The notes beneath the pieces were generated by a model. That model searched no databases and was not told where the DNA came from. It was given only the letters and a program-made list of their open reading frames with translations. This document shows positions 52,759-62,358 of a stretch of 64,000 nt of DNA, in pieces. Each line of letters starts with the position of its first letter. Positions within the stretch are counted from its first letter, which is position 1. The position numbers were made by a program, and so were the translations under genes. Origin of the DNA: Myxococcota bacterium (GTDB lineage: Bacteria; Myxococcota_A; Polyangia; Nannocystales; Nannocystaceae); NCBI GenBank assembly GCA_039028615.1, contig JBCCHT010000018.1:1-64000 (forward strand). Reading direction: 5' to 3'.

Positions 52759-54276
52759 ATGGGAGCGCGCGTGCTCGCGCTGGTGGGGCTGGCGGTGGTG
52801 CTGTCGGCCTGTGCTTGGAATCGGCCCTACCGCATGGAGGGCAGCCCCGAAGAAGGCTGGACCATTGCCGAGCCCACGCCGGTCGAGCTGACGGGCAACC
52901 CCTGTGCGATGGCGCCGCCCGAGCCCGACAAGCGGGGCGAGTCGTGCGGCGATGCCTTCGCGGCGAAGAACCGCCGCCGCGACCGGCGAGACGACGACCT
53001 CGGGCGCACGGTGGAGTGGGTGCAGCGCGGCGGCGAGGACCTGTACAAGCTCGGCTTCGTCGAGATCGACGACCACGGCAATGCCTTCGATCCCCGCCAG
53101 CTCCAGACCAGCCTGAAGGCGCTCGAGCCCACCGACGGCGCGGGGGTCATCATGGTCACCTACGTGCACGGCTGGCATCACGACTCGCACCCCAACGACA
53201 GCGACGTGGTGAAGATGCGCTGCATGCTGATCAACCTCGCCGCCGACGAAGCGCAGCGAGTGGCCCGTGAAGGCGGCACGCCCCGACAGGTGCGTGGCAT
53301 GTACGTCGGCTGGCGCGGCCGCTCGTATCGCGGGCGGAGCATCTTCACCTTCTGGGCGCGCAAGCGGGGGGCGCATCGGGTGGGGGAGCGCTCCGCCGTC
53401 TCCGTGCTCACGCGGATCCAGCGGTTCGCCGAGCGCGTCACGGTGGCGGCCCCCGAGTCGAGCTTCGTGACCATCGGCCACAGCTTCGGCGCGGCAGTGG
53501 TGCACTCCGCCCTCGAGGCGACCTTGGTGCCCGAGCTGGCGGTGGCGGCCGACGCTGCCTCGCGGGGCGAGCCCGTGCCGATGGTGCACGGCCTGGGGCA
53601 GATCACGGTTTTGCTCAACCCTGCGTTCGAGGCGGGTCGCTACCGTCATGCGCGAGAGCTGGCCCAGGAGATCGCCGCCAACGGTGGCTTTCATCCCAAG
53701 CAAAAACCGGTGCTGTTGATGCTCACCACCAACAAGGACTGGATGACGCAGACCCCCTTCACCATGGGCATGCGGGTCCGGGGGCACAGGGGCAAGTTCA
53801 TCAAGGACGCCCGAGGCGACGAGAAGAAGGAGTACCTCACCGCGGTGGGGCACTACACGGACTATCACGAGCCCGGTGTCGGCATTGAATGTGTCAGCGG
53901 TGATGCGCTCGAGACCTCGGCCCGGGCGGCCGCGCACGCGCATGCCTTCGAGACGCCGAGCAAGCGCTGCTGGATCGACGGCTGGGAGCGGGCCCCGACC
54001 CCGCTGATGTCCGTCTACGACAAAGGCCAGGTCATGTGTGGACACAACGACGTGTTCAACTCGACCTTGCTGACGCTGCTGACGGACTTCGTGATGGACA
54101 TCGACGCGCCGCCGATCGTCGACCGCCCCGTGCCGCCACGAACCACCGTCGTCGAGGCGCCGCCCGAGCCGTTGAGCGCCACCCCGCCGGTCGAGCCTTC
54201 CCTCGAGCCGACGACGCCGAGCGAACCGCCGCCGTCGGCGAGTCCCGCCGAGGCGATCAGCCCGCCGGAGGATTGA
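52759..54276 (+). CDS. Lipoprotein alpha/beta hydrolase
   Basis: Lipobox VLSAC; LGFVEIDDHG, YVHGWHH, nucleophile IGHSFG, LLNPAFEA, GHNDVF; Pro-rich tail. Start ATG 52759. Confidence 0.8.
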   Translation: MGARVLALVGLAVVLSACAWNRPYRMEGSPEEGWTIAEPTPVELTGNPCAMAPPEPDKRGESCGDAFAAKNRRRDRRDDDLGRTVEWVQRGGEDLYKLGFVEIDDHGNAFDPRQLQTSLKALEPTDGAGVIMVTYVHGWHHDSHPNDSDVVKMRCMLINLAADEAQRVAREGGTPRQVRGMYVGWRGRSYRGRSIFTFWARKRGAHRVGERSAVSVLTRIQRFAERVTVAAPESSFVTIGHSFGAAVVHSALEATLVPELAVAADAASRGEPVPMVHGLGQITVLLNPAFEAGRYRHARELAQEIAANGGFHPKQKPVLLMLTTNKDWMTQTPFTMGMRVRGHRGKFIKDARGDEKKEYLTAVGHYTDYHEPGVGIECVSGDALETSARAAAHAHAFETPSKRCWIDGWERAPTPLMSVYDKGQVMCGHNDVFNSTLLTLLTDFVMDIDAPPIVDRPVPPRTTVVEAPPEPLSATPPVEPSLEPTTPSEPPPSASPAEAISPPED

Positions 54277-55669
54277 TGACCAGGTTGAGCCCCGCCCCGG
54301 TCATGTCCGAGTAGGTGTAGGGCGCCTGCAGTCCCGGCACGGTCAGCTGCACCTGGTACGTGTCGGGGTCGACCTTGAACGCCTGGTTGGAGCCCTGGTC
54401 GACGATCCACACGAAGCCCTCGACGTCGATGCTCACCCCCACCGGAGTGATGCAGCCGGGCAGCTGGATCGCGGGCGCGACCACGCTGCGGGTGTTGACG
54501 TCGATGAGCCCGATGCCACAGCCGCCGAGCAGACCGGTGGAGTCCACGGCAAACCACGCGCGGTCCTCGGTGTCGACCATCACCCCGCGCATGGACTGGT
54601 TGCCCGTGCTGACGAACTGCCACTGGCCCGCGGTGATGTCGTACAGCGCCGCCGCGCCGCCGCTGGCGATCCACGGGTTGCCGTACTGATCGAGCGACAT
54701 CCCGTAGGACCACTGCTGATCGGGCAGGGGCGGGGAGGGCATCTCGATGCGCTCGACGTCGAGGGTGTCGCCGTCGATCCGCACCAGCGGCCCGAGCTGC
54801 CAGCCGATGACCCACAGGTCGCCGTCCTTGTTCACCGCGCCGCCGTAGGGCCCGAAGTTCAGCCCGTTCCACGGGATCTCCACCGTGTCTTCGATGGCCC
54901 CCGTGCTGCCGTTCATGCGATGGAAGACGCCGAGGCCTCCGGCGAAGTTGTACCAGCCGACCCACAGTCGCGGGCTGGGGGAGGCGCAGCCCTGCTGGGT
55001 CACGGTGCCCTCCCACGCGGTGGGGCGCGGGCCGTGCTCGTACGAGTTCGAAGGCAGCGGGATGTTCCACAGCACGCACTCGTCCGAGCCCCACGGCAGC
55101 ACGTCGGTGGCCCCGCTCGAGGTCTCGATGGTCCCGTTGCCGTTGGTGTCGACGCAGTCGTCGATGCGGGCCGCGATCTTGGTGACTCCACCACCGCCGC
55201 CACCCTGCGCTCCGCGGTTGGTCACCGCCACGTCGCCGTACAGGTTCACCGAGGTGCGCGACGGCTCGGACTGCGTGGCGGGGCCCGTCGCATAACGGCC
55301 CACCTCCGTGCCGGTCATGGTGTCGATCTTGGAGACGGTGCCTTGCGGGGAGTTGGCGACCCAGATGTAGCTGAACTCGACGTCCTCACCCATCATGCCG
55401 TTGCCGCCGCCGGGGCAGTCACCGCCGTTGGGTCCGCCTGCGTCGGTGCCCCCGCCCACGTCGAGCTTGTCGCCGCCGTCGTCGTCACCGCTGTCGTCGG
55501 CGGACTCGCCCGTGTCCTCCATCGGCGTGGTCAGGATGCCGGTCAGTCCGGTGGTGCCCGTGGCACTGCTGCCGTCGGCCGGGGTGCCACAGGCCATGCC
55601 CAGACACAGGGCTCCGAGGGCCCCTAACGCCATTCCGTTCCGCACTCCCAGGGTCACACACGCCATCAC
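54257..55669 (-). CDS. Beta-propeller lipoprotein (Vgb/YncE-like repeats)
   Basis: Lipobox GMAC; IWVANS..GTVSKIDT, PSRTSV, PYGGAV, PVGVSID, PYTYSDMTG. Confidence 0.78.
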   Translation of the reverse strand: MMACVTLGVRNGMALGALGALCLGMACGTPADGSSATGTTGLTGILTTPMEDTGESADDSGDDDGGDKLDVGGGTDAGGPNGGDCPGGGNGMMGEDVEFSYIWVANSPQGTVSKIDTMTGTEVGRYATGPATQSEPSRTSVNLYGDVAVTNRGAQGGGGGGVTKIAARIDDCVDTNGNGTIETSSGATDVLPWGSDECVLWNIPLPSNSYEHGPRPTAWEGTVTQQGCASPSPRLWVGWYNFAGGLGVFHRMNGSTGAIEDTVEIPWNGLNFGPYGGAVNKDGDLWVIGWQLGPLVRIDGDTLDVERIEMPSPPLPDQQWSYGMSLDQYGNPWIASGGAAALYDITAGQWQFVSTGNQSMRGVMVDTEDRAWFAVDSTGLLGGCGIGLIDVNTRSVVAPAIQLPGCITPVGVSIDVEGFVWIVDQGSNQAFKVDPDTYQVQLTVPGLQAPYTYSDMTGAGLNLVINPPAG

Positions 55670-55888
55670 GATTTCACCATTGCACGTGCAAGAACTGCAT
55701 GTCGAGAACGATCCGAGCTGAAGGGACCGTGCCGCTGCCTCGGATCACGACCCGATCTTGAACTCGATCGAGATGGCGTGCGCTTCGTCAGGCATCACGC
55801 AATGGCGAGTGTCATTGATGTTCGTGCCCTGACTTCGGACACGTCGGGTGCACGCGACTCGTGTGGGAAGTCGCGCGGCGACACGAGC

Positions 55889-57595
55889 TCAACGACGCTG
55901 CGTCGCGTCGGGCTCGATGACCAGACTGCGGAGTCGATTGATCGCCGCGACCAGCTCGTAGCGTCGCACGCCCGCGAGCTCGGGGAGGGCATCCAAGTCG
56001 TAGAGCCCTCGCTCGGCCGCGGCCGTGAGGGCGGCGTCGGCCAGCGCCCGCACCGAGTCGCCGCGCCGCCCGTGGCGGCCGATGAAGGTCAGCAGCACGC
56101 CGATCGCTCGGGCCTGGCTGTCGTCGACCAGCTGCTCCAGCGCACCCAGGTCGATGGTCTGCTCCCCGAAGCTCAGCTCCCGCAGCCCTCGTGCGCGTAC
56201 CTTGGATCGTCGACCGCGATCGCGACGCGGGTCGAAGGAGCGGAGGCTCGGGTGTCGCGGCGCGGGCTCGACGGGGCCGACCGGCGGCACCACGGCGCGC
56301 CCGGTGGGGTGCTCGGCCGCGACCGCACGGGCGCGCTCGGTGACCTCGTGCGGTCGATAGTCCTCCATCGCGATCACCGTGTCCGCGACCTCGAGGTAGT
56401 CACCGCTGCCGCCGACGACGAGCACGGTGGAGACGCCTGCCTCGGTGTGGAGCTGGCCGACCCGATCGATGAGCGGGGTGATCGTCTCGCGGGCGACCAG
56501 CGCCTGCATGCGAGCGTCGCGGATCAGCAGGTTGGTGGCGCAGCTGTCCTCGTCGAGCAGCAAGGCGGTGGCGCCGATCTCCAGCGACTCGATGATGGCG
56601 GCGGCGAGGCTCGTCGAGCCCGAGGCGTCAGGGGTGCTGAAGCTCTTGGTGTCACGATCGCCGGGCAGGTCGGAGATGAAGGGCCGCAGGTCGACCCCGA
56701 CCACGCTCCGCCCGTCTTCGCTGCGCAGCTTGACCGCATCGGGGCTGGTGGCGACCCACTCGCGCCCGTCGCCGGGCACGTGCGGGTCGATGCCCCGACA
56801 GATCGCCTCGAGCAGCGTGGTCTTGCCGTGAAAGCCACCCCCCGTGATCAACGTGACGCCGACGGGAAGCCCCATGCCCGTGACCTCCCCGTGGTGCAGC
56901 GTGGGCAAGGTGACGCGAAGGGAAGGCGGGCTCTGAAAAGGCACCGCGTCGCGCAAGGGCGCCGACGACACCCCTGATGAGCGCGGGAGGATCGAGCCGT
57001 CGCGTACGAACGCCACCAGCTCGTGCTCGGCCAGCTGCGACACGAGGTGCGCGTGGTCTTCGGCGAGCCGGACGAACGCCTCCGCCTTCGCGCGATCGAG
57101 CCGAGGCCACACCACCGCTCGGGCGGCCGCGGGTAGATCTTCGGTGAGCAGCCGGGCCGCCGCTCGCCCCATGACCCGACGTCCGCGCGCGGGCAGGCCC
57201 ACGCGAAAGCGCAGCTCGAGGGTGTCGCCCACGAAGCCGCAGCCGGAGCGCGGCAGGATCTCGGCGTCGCCCGAATCGACGAGCACCAGCCCGGACTTGC
57301 CGCTGCCGCTCCGATCGGTGCCGCCCGCCACCGCGCCTGCGAACCGCCGCAGCAGGAAGTCGGCGATCGCCGTGCGCCGCGTTGCCGTATCTCGCAGCGC
57401 CACGGGCACCTGGTGGATCGACACGTCCATGCACACCCGCACCCGCGAAGGGCTCGCGAACGGGTCGCCCTGCACGTGGTCGAGGGCGATGCTCAGCGCG
57501 TCGTCGCCCCAGGTGCCGCCGAGCTGCTTGTAGGCGCCATAGTTGCGGCCGTCGATCTGGGCCAGAGCACGGGCGAAGTCATCGAGCGAGCGCAC
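55889..57595 (-). CDS. Predicted ATPase of the ABC class (ABC_ATPase domain protein)
   Basis: DHVQGDPFASPSR, GSGKSG, GSILPR.SG, ITGGGFHGKTTLL, DASGSTS, LLLDEDSCATN. Confidence 0.9.
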   Translation of the reverse strand: MRSLDDFARALAQIDGRNYGAYKQLGGTWGDDALSIALDHVQGDPFASPSRVRVCMDVSIHQVPVALRDTATRRTAIADFLLRRFAGAVAGGTDRSGSGKSGLVLVDSGDAEILPRSGCGFVGDTLELRFRVGLPARGRRVMGRAAARLLTEDLPAAARAVVWPRLDRAKAEAFVRLAEDHAHLVSQLAEHELVAFVRDGSILPRSSGVSSAPLRDAVPFQSPPSLRVTLPTLHHGEVTGMGLPVGVTLITGGGFHGKTTLLEAICRGIDPHVPGDGREWVATSPDAVKLRSEDGRSVVGVDLRPFISDLPGDRDTKSFSTPDASGSTSLAAAIIESLEIGATALLLDEDSCATNLLIRDARMQALVARETITPLIDRVGQLHTEAGVSTVLVVGGSGDYLEVADTVIAMEDYRPHEVTERARAVAAEHPTGRAVVPPVGPVEPAPRHPSLRSFDPRRDRGRRSKVRARGLRELSFGEQTIDLGALEQLVDDSQARAIGVLLTFIGRHGRRGDSVRALADAALTAAAERGLYDLDALPELAGVRRYELVAAINRLRSLVIEPDATQRR

Positions 57596-57649
57596 GGGGC
57601 CGGAGCATACGCCACCGCGCGACGCTGCCCGGGCACCGCCCCGACCGGC

Positions 57650-58516
57650 TCAGCCCTGCGGGTACAGGCGGCGGATCTCCTCGCCCTCGCGGAGATCGTG
57701 CACCGACCGATATTCCCGCGACAGGTCGAGCCGCAGGTAGGTCTTGTTGCGGTTGTCGCAGCCGAACGAGGTCGACACGCAGATCTGCTCGTTGCCCATC
57801 TTCTCGTAGCCGCGGCGGACCACGTCGTGCCCGTAGGCGACGAACCCGTGGGGGGTATCGCCGCCATGCATGGCACGGAGCAGAGCCTGGGCGTCTTCGG
57901 CCTCGGCGTGTCGCGACCAGAGCAACGCGCCCAGCGTGCCCTCTTCGAACATGTCGTTGATCGCGATGAAGTCGTAGCCGTCGTACTCGATGCGTTCGAA
58001 CGACTCGATGTCGGGCTCGGTCGCTCGCGGTGCCCCGTGGGTGAACACGGCCCCGCACGGCGCCACTGCGACCAGGGGAAAGCGACGGAACAGCTGGTGG
58101 ATGCGCGGCGCCTCGACCCCCAGCGCCGCGTCGAGCACCGCCGCTTCGTCTTGATGAAACTTGCTCACCACGGGCCCGCCGATGTGGGCGTGCTCGTGGT
58201 TACCGAGCAACGCCACCGTGTTGGCGTGCTCGAGCCAGCGCTCGTAGTCGAAGACCAGCTCCGCCGATCGATCGCGATAGAACGTGCCGAGGTAGTCCGG
58301 CCACATCTGGGGGTTGGCCAGCCGATGCCCCGGCCCATGCACCAAGTCGCCGCAGAGCAACAGGATAGGGTCGTGCCCCGCCTCGTACTCACGGACGTAG
58401 AGCTGCTTGAGGGCGGTGTAGTCCTCGAAGTTCCCCTGCAGGTCGGTTGCGACCAGCAATACCCCGCGCTCCGGCAGCCGGGCGACCTTGCGGCCCCACC
58501 ATGGGCTCCGATGCAT
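57650..58516 (-). CDS. Calcineurin-like metallophosphoesterase
   Basis: TDLQGN, CGDLVHG, LGNHE, FTHGAP, LLWSR, YGHD. Confidence 0.85.
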   Translation of the reverse strand: MHRSPWWGRKVARLPERGVLLVATDLQGNFEDYTALKQLYVREYEAGHDPILLLCGDLVHGPGHRLANPQMWPDYLGTFYRDRSAELVFDYERWLEHANTVALLGNHEHAHIGGPVVSKFHQDEAAVLDAALGVEAPRIHQLFRRFPLVAVAPCGAVFTHGAPRATEPDIESFERIEYDGYDFIAINDMFEEGTLGALLWSRHAEAEDAQALLRAMHGGDTPHGFVAYGHDVVRRGYEKMGNEQICVSTSFGCDNRNKTYLRLDLSREYRSVHDLREGEEIRRLYPQG

Positions 58517-58635
58517 CGACTACGCAGGCTACCACCGCCCCGGGTTGCGGTCACGTCCCACGAAGGCCCGGGTCGGGAAAACGCGGGCCGAAAGGGATGC
58601 GTGATTTCGCGACCCGGAACACCCCGAGGCCGGGG

Positions 58636-59454
58636 CTAAAAGGGGCAGGGGATCGGCAGCCGCGGGTTCATGAACGGCAAGACCCCCTCGACGTACGTGA
58701 AGTCTTCGTCGGGGATCACCACCCAGTGGTCGGCGAGCGGAGGTAGTAGCTCACCCTCGTTGTCGGTAACGGGGGCAGCTCCCGCTGCGAGGTAGTGGAT
58801 GTACAGCTCCGCGTTGAAGCCCGGCGGGAACTGGTTGCTGCCGCCTTCGATCGAGTCGCACAGGTTCGAGGTGAGACCGTTGTCGAAGGTCAACCACATC
58901 GTCTCCGGGCGCTCGGGGATTTGCGTGATGGCGACGACCCGAACCGGCGGCCCCGGCGGGTTGTAGCAGTAGTCGTTGCATTCCTCGTAGCAGTAGTCGT
59001 AGTCGCAGTACTCGTAGCAGTACTCTTCGCAGTTCCCGTCGCCGTTCATCTGGCCGACCTCCTGGTACACCGTCCCGTCGAAGCCGTAGTCTTCGTCGGC
59101 GGTGACGGCCGTGCTGAGTCGGAACTGGCGGGGATCGACCGCGTCCGCGGGCGCCAGCGCTTCGGTGAAGGTCAGCTGCAGCGTGAGGTTGTCGGTGAAC
59201 TGCGCGTCGATGAGCGCGGGCGGACCGGGGATGCCGGGCGGGATCGGAGGATCGACCGGGTCGACCGGGTCGTTCGGATCATTGGGGTCGTTCGGATCAT
59301 TGGGGTCGCTCGGATCGCTGGGGTCGCTCGGGTCGTTCGGATCGAACGACCCCGAGTCACCAAAGTCGTACGCGCGATCGACACAAGCGCCGAGGGTCAA
59401 AGACCCGCCCGCGATCGATACGTGGACCCAGCGACCGAATTTCAAACCAAGCAT
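58636..59454 (-). CDS. Hypothetical lipoprotein with DPx repeats and a Cys/Tyr-rich insert
   Basis: Lipobox TLGAC; (DPN/DPS/DPV)n; CEEYCYEYCDYDYCYEECNDYCY. Confidence 0.7.
   Translation of the reverse strand: MLGLKFGRWVHVSIAGGSLTLGACVDRAYDFGDSGSFDPNDPSDPSDPSDPNDPNDPNDPNDPVDPVDPPIPPGIPGPPALIDAQFTDNLTLQLTFTEALAPADAVDPRQFRLSTAVTADEDYGFDGTVYQEVGQMNGDGNCEEYCYEYCDYDYCYEECNDYCYNPPGPPVRVVAITQIPERPETMWLTFDNGLTSNLCDSIEGGSNQFPPGFNAELYIHYLAAGAAPVTDNEGELLPPLADHWVVIPDEDFTYVEGVLPFMNPRLPIPCPF
59249..59344 (-). repeat. Coding 9-bp tandem repeat (Asp-Pro-X)
   Basis: About ten imperfect GAYCCNNNN units encoding DPNDPSDPSDPSDPNDPNDPNDPNDPVDPVDP. Confidence 0.8.
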
Positions 59455-59589
59455 GGGATCAGCGTTTCAGATGGTCACCGCCAGGTCAACCGATCGCCCG
59501 TTTAGGTGGGATGCACAGCCATGGAATGCGTGGTCTCTGCGGCCGGTATTGGGCCCGTGCGAGACTCGCGACCTGATATCCTACCTTCG

Positions 59590-60405
59590 ATGACGGGGCG
59601 ATCGCGGATCTATCACTGCCCCTCGTGCGGGGGTCCTTGTGCCAATCCGCGGGCGACCGTGTGCGAGTTCTGCGAAGGCCCGCTGTTGCCCATGGGCACG
59701 CCGGACCCGCGGAACTCCATTCGCTGCTCCGCCTGCACCGCGCTCGTCAGTGCCGGCGCCAGCTTCTGCCCCTCATGCGGCGATCCGCTCGCTCAGGCCG
59801 CCAGCACCCAGCAATCCCGCGCCTGCCCGGCCTGCCCCGGTAGCGAAATGGAAGGCTTCCGGTTGCAGCCCACTGCCGCGCACCCGCAGGGCTGGGCCGT
59901 GTTCGGCTGTCGCGGATGTGGAGGCGTGTGGGTCGATCTCGAGACCCTCGACGCCATGCTCGCCTCCGCCGCCAAGCAAGGCAGCGGTGATGGTCGGGCC
60001 ATGTCCGTCAAGCGCCGCGCGCTCTCGCTGAACGGCAAGGTCGTCTACCGCCCCTGCGCGGTCTGCAAGGAGACCATGATCCGCCGCAATTTTGCCCAGA
60101 TCTCCGGGGTCATCGTCGACCAGTGCCGCCTGCACGGCACCTTCTTCGACGCCGGCGAGCTCGAGGACGTCCTCGCCTTCGTGCGCAGCGGCGGAATGGT
60201 CTTGGCCCGTCGTCGCCAGCACGAATCCCTCGATCGCGAGCGACGGCGCGCCGAAGCCCAGCAGGCCGCCAGCCACCGCAGCGTGCTCATGACCGAGGTC
60301 GAGCCCATGAGTGGTCTCCCCGTCGATGCCTTCTCCCACGAGCCCGACCTCGGCCTCGCCTTCGTGCGCTGGGCGGGCCGATGGGTCCGCACGATGTTCA
60401 AATAG
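59590..60405 (+). CDS. Multi-zinc-ribbon protein (double zinc ribbon + zf-TFIIB-like)
   Basis: CPSC, CEFC, CSAC, CPSC, CPAC, CRGCGGVWVD, YRPCAVC..M.RRNF..SGVIVDQC..HGTFFDAGEL. Start ATG 59590. Confidence 0.85.
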   Translation: MTGRSRIYHCPSCGGPCANPRATVCEFCEGPLLPMGTPDPRNSIRCSACTALVSAGASFCPSCGDPLAQAASTQQSRACPACPGSEMEGFRLQPTAAHPQGWAVFGCRGCGGVWVDLETLDAMLASAAKQGSGDGRAMSVKRRALSLNGKVVYRPCAVCKETMIRRNFAQISGVIVDQCRLHGTFFDAGELEDVLAFVRSGGMVLARRRQHESLDRERRRAEAQQAASHRSVLMTEVEPMSGLPVDAFSHEPDLGLAFVRWAGRWVRTMFK

Positions 60406-60467
60406 CCCGCCCTTCGTTTTTCTCCCGCCGCGTGATCGTTCACCACGGTCTGGGCACTATCGAGGCG

Positions 60468-60971
60468 ATGCCTGCTCGCCGCTCGTTCCGTCGCCGTGTG
60501 TCTTCGCCCTGGGTTCGGCGGCTAGGGGCCGGATTCCTGCTCGGCATGGTCATCGCCAGCTGCGAGATCAACGACCGCGAGTCCTTCAACGAACGCGCCG
60601 CCGAGCTCGTCTGCGAGATTCACTCCACCTGCGGCGAGGATGTGACCGCCGCCATCCAGATCGACGGCGACGCCCTGACCGAGTCCTGCTACACGACCGT
60701 CTGGGACAACTTCGAGTCCTGTCGCAACAACTGCGGCTTCAACAAGCGCCAGGCCCGTCGCTGCATCCGTCGCCTCGAGAAGATGTCCGACAACTGTGAC
60801 ATCAGCCGCCTCGCCCCCTGCCGTCAGGTCTACGAAGACTGCGAGCCCGGCTTCGATCCCGTGCAGGAATGCGGCCTGTGGAACTGCTCCGTCAGCCCCG
60901 AGGGCAGCGGCTGGGGTGGTGTCATGGCGCTGGGCTTGCTCGTGCTGGGTTGGCGACGACGCCGAGCCTGA
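60468..60971 (+). CDS. Cys-rich exported protein with MYXO-CTERM sorting signal
   Basis: N-terminal signal/lipobox VIASC; C-terminus C..NCSVSPEGSGWGGVMALGLLVLGWRRRRA (Cys motif, TM, Arg tail). Confidence 0.75.
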   Translation: MPARRSFRRRVSSPWVRRLGAGFLLGMVIASCEINDRESFNERAAELVCEIHSTCGEDVTAAIQIDGDALTESCYTTVWDNFESCRNNCGFNKRQARRCIRRLEKMSDNCDISRLAPCRQVYEDCEPGFDPVQECGLWNCSVSPEGSGWGGVMALGLLVLGWRRRRA

Positions 60972-60977
60972 GCGAGC

Positions 60978-62150
60978 ATGGTCCTCGTGACCGCGCAGCC
61001 GAGCGTCATCATCGTCGGAGGAGGGGCGATCGGTCTCGCTTGTGCGTGGTCGCTGGCGCGACGCGGGGCTCGGGTCACCGTGCTCGAGCGCTTCGGCCAC
61101 GTACACGATCGCGGCAGCCATAGCGGCTACACCCGGGTCATTCGCCAGGCCTATCACGAGGGGTCTTCGTACGTGCCGCTGATTCAGCAGGCCGACGCGC
61201 ACTGGTCCGCCATGCAGCAGCGCAGCGGCCGTTCGCTCTTGCACCGCACGGGCCTGCTGCTCTTTGGCCCCGACGGTGGGCGGGACATGCTCGCGGCGAT
61301 CGAGACCTGCCGCGAGTGCGACCTGCCGCATACCCTGCACGACGGGATCGATGCGCGGGAGCGCTGGCCGTTTCGGATGCCCGACGACTGGATCGCCTGC
61401 TTCGATCCGTCCGGCGGCTATCTCTCCGTCACCGCGTGCATGGACGTCATGGCCGAGGAGGCCGTGCAGGCGGGGGCGCGACTGCGGTACGGCGTGCAGG
61501 TCGTCGGGATCGATCGCGGGCCGCGGCGTGGGGTTCGGTTGTCGAGTGGAGAGACGCTCACTGCGGATGCGATCGTGCTGGCGGCGGGGGCTTGGCTGTC
61601 GACGCTCGTGCCCTCGTTGAAGTCGGTGCTCACCGAGCGGCGGCGGATCCTCGCGTGGAGTACTCCGGCGGCCGAGCATCGAGCTGCGCTCGAGGCGATT
61701 CCCGTGTGGGGGGCGTTGCTCGACGACGGGTTCTATTATGGCTTTCCGTACAACGAAGAGGGGATCGTTGGGCTGAAGGTTGCCGTGCATACCTCCGATA
61801 CGCAGCCTTGGCTCGATCGGTCGGTGGAGGCGGATACCGTGGATCGGGGGGCGCATGCGCGGGATTTGGATCCGTTGCGGCGGGTGTTGGATGAGCATCT
61901 GCCGCTAGGGCGGGGGGAGTTTGGGGCTACGCATGCTTGTCTCTATTCTTGTACGCCGACTTGGGATTTCTTGATCGATCGGGATCCGGAGGATGCTCGG
62001 GTGATCTTGGCGGGGGGGTTTTCGGGGCATGGGTTTAAGTTTGCGCCGGCGGTTGGGGATTATGTTGGGGGGTTGTTGTTGGATGAGGGGGAGGTGCGGG
62101 GGGATTTGAGTCTGGCGGCGGCGGTGGGGGCTGGAGGTTCGCCGCGATAG
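60978..62150 (+). CDS. solA: N-methyl-L-tryptophan oxidase / monomeric sarcosine oxidase family
   Basis: IIVGGGAIG, HDRGSHSGYTRVIRQAY, CLYSCTP..DFLID, GFSGHGFKFAPAVG. Confidence 0.88.
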   Translation: MVLVTAQPSVIIVGGGAIGLACAWSLARRGARVTVLERFGHVHDRGSHSGYTRVIRQAYHEGSSYVPLIQQADAHWSAMQQRSGRSLLHRTGLLLFGPDGGRDMLAAIETCRECDLPHTLHDGIDARERWPFRMPDDWIACFDPSGGYLSVTACMDVMAEEAVQAGARLRYGVQVVGIDRGPRRGVRLSSGETLTADAIVLAAGAWLSTLVPSLKSVLTERRRILAWSTPAAEHRAALEAIPVWGALLDDGFYYGFPYNEEGIVGLKVAVHTSDTQPWLDRSVEADTVDRGAHARDLDPLRRVLDEHLPLGRGEFGATHACLYSCTPTWDFLIDRDPEDARVILAGGFSGHGFKFAPAVGDYVGGLLLDEGEVRGDLSLAAAVGAGGSPR

Positions 62151-62225
62151 AGCGCGAGGCGGAAGGCCTCGGCGTGGGCATCCGGGCTTTGATGGTGTGC
62201 TTGGATGCGTGAGTCGGAGAAGGCG

Positions 62226-62349
62226 GGCCTAGGGAGTGGACACTTTGGCTTCTGCTCGTGGGCGCAGATTGATGGACCTGGGGAGCGGGCACTTGGGCTC
62301 TTCTCGCGGGTGCAGAATGGGAGACCTGGGGAACGGGCAACTAGGCTTC
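62226..62349 (+). repeat. Degenerate 48-49 bp tandem repeat (about 2.5 units)
   Basis: Units start at 62226, 62275 and 62323 with GRCCTRGGGARYGGRCA.. Confidence 0.65.
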
Positions 62350-62358
62350 GATGGGGGG

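Noticed and set aside
55680..55691. Palindrome TTGCACGTGCAA upstream of the beta-propeller gene
   Set aside because: Shares only the core with parS, is isolated and far from the cluster; could be an operator but nothing supports it.
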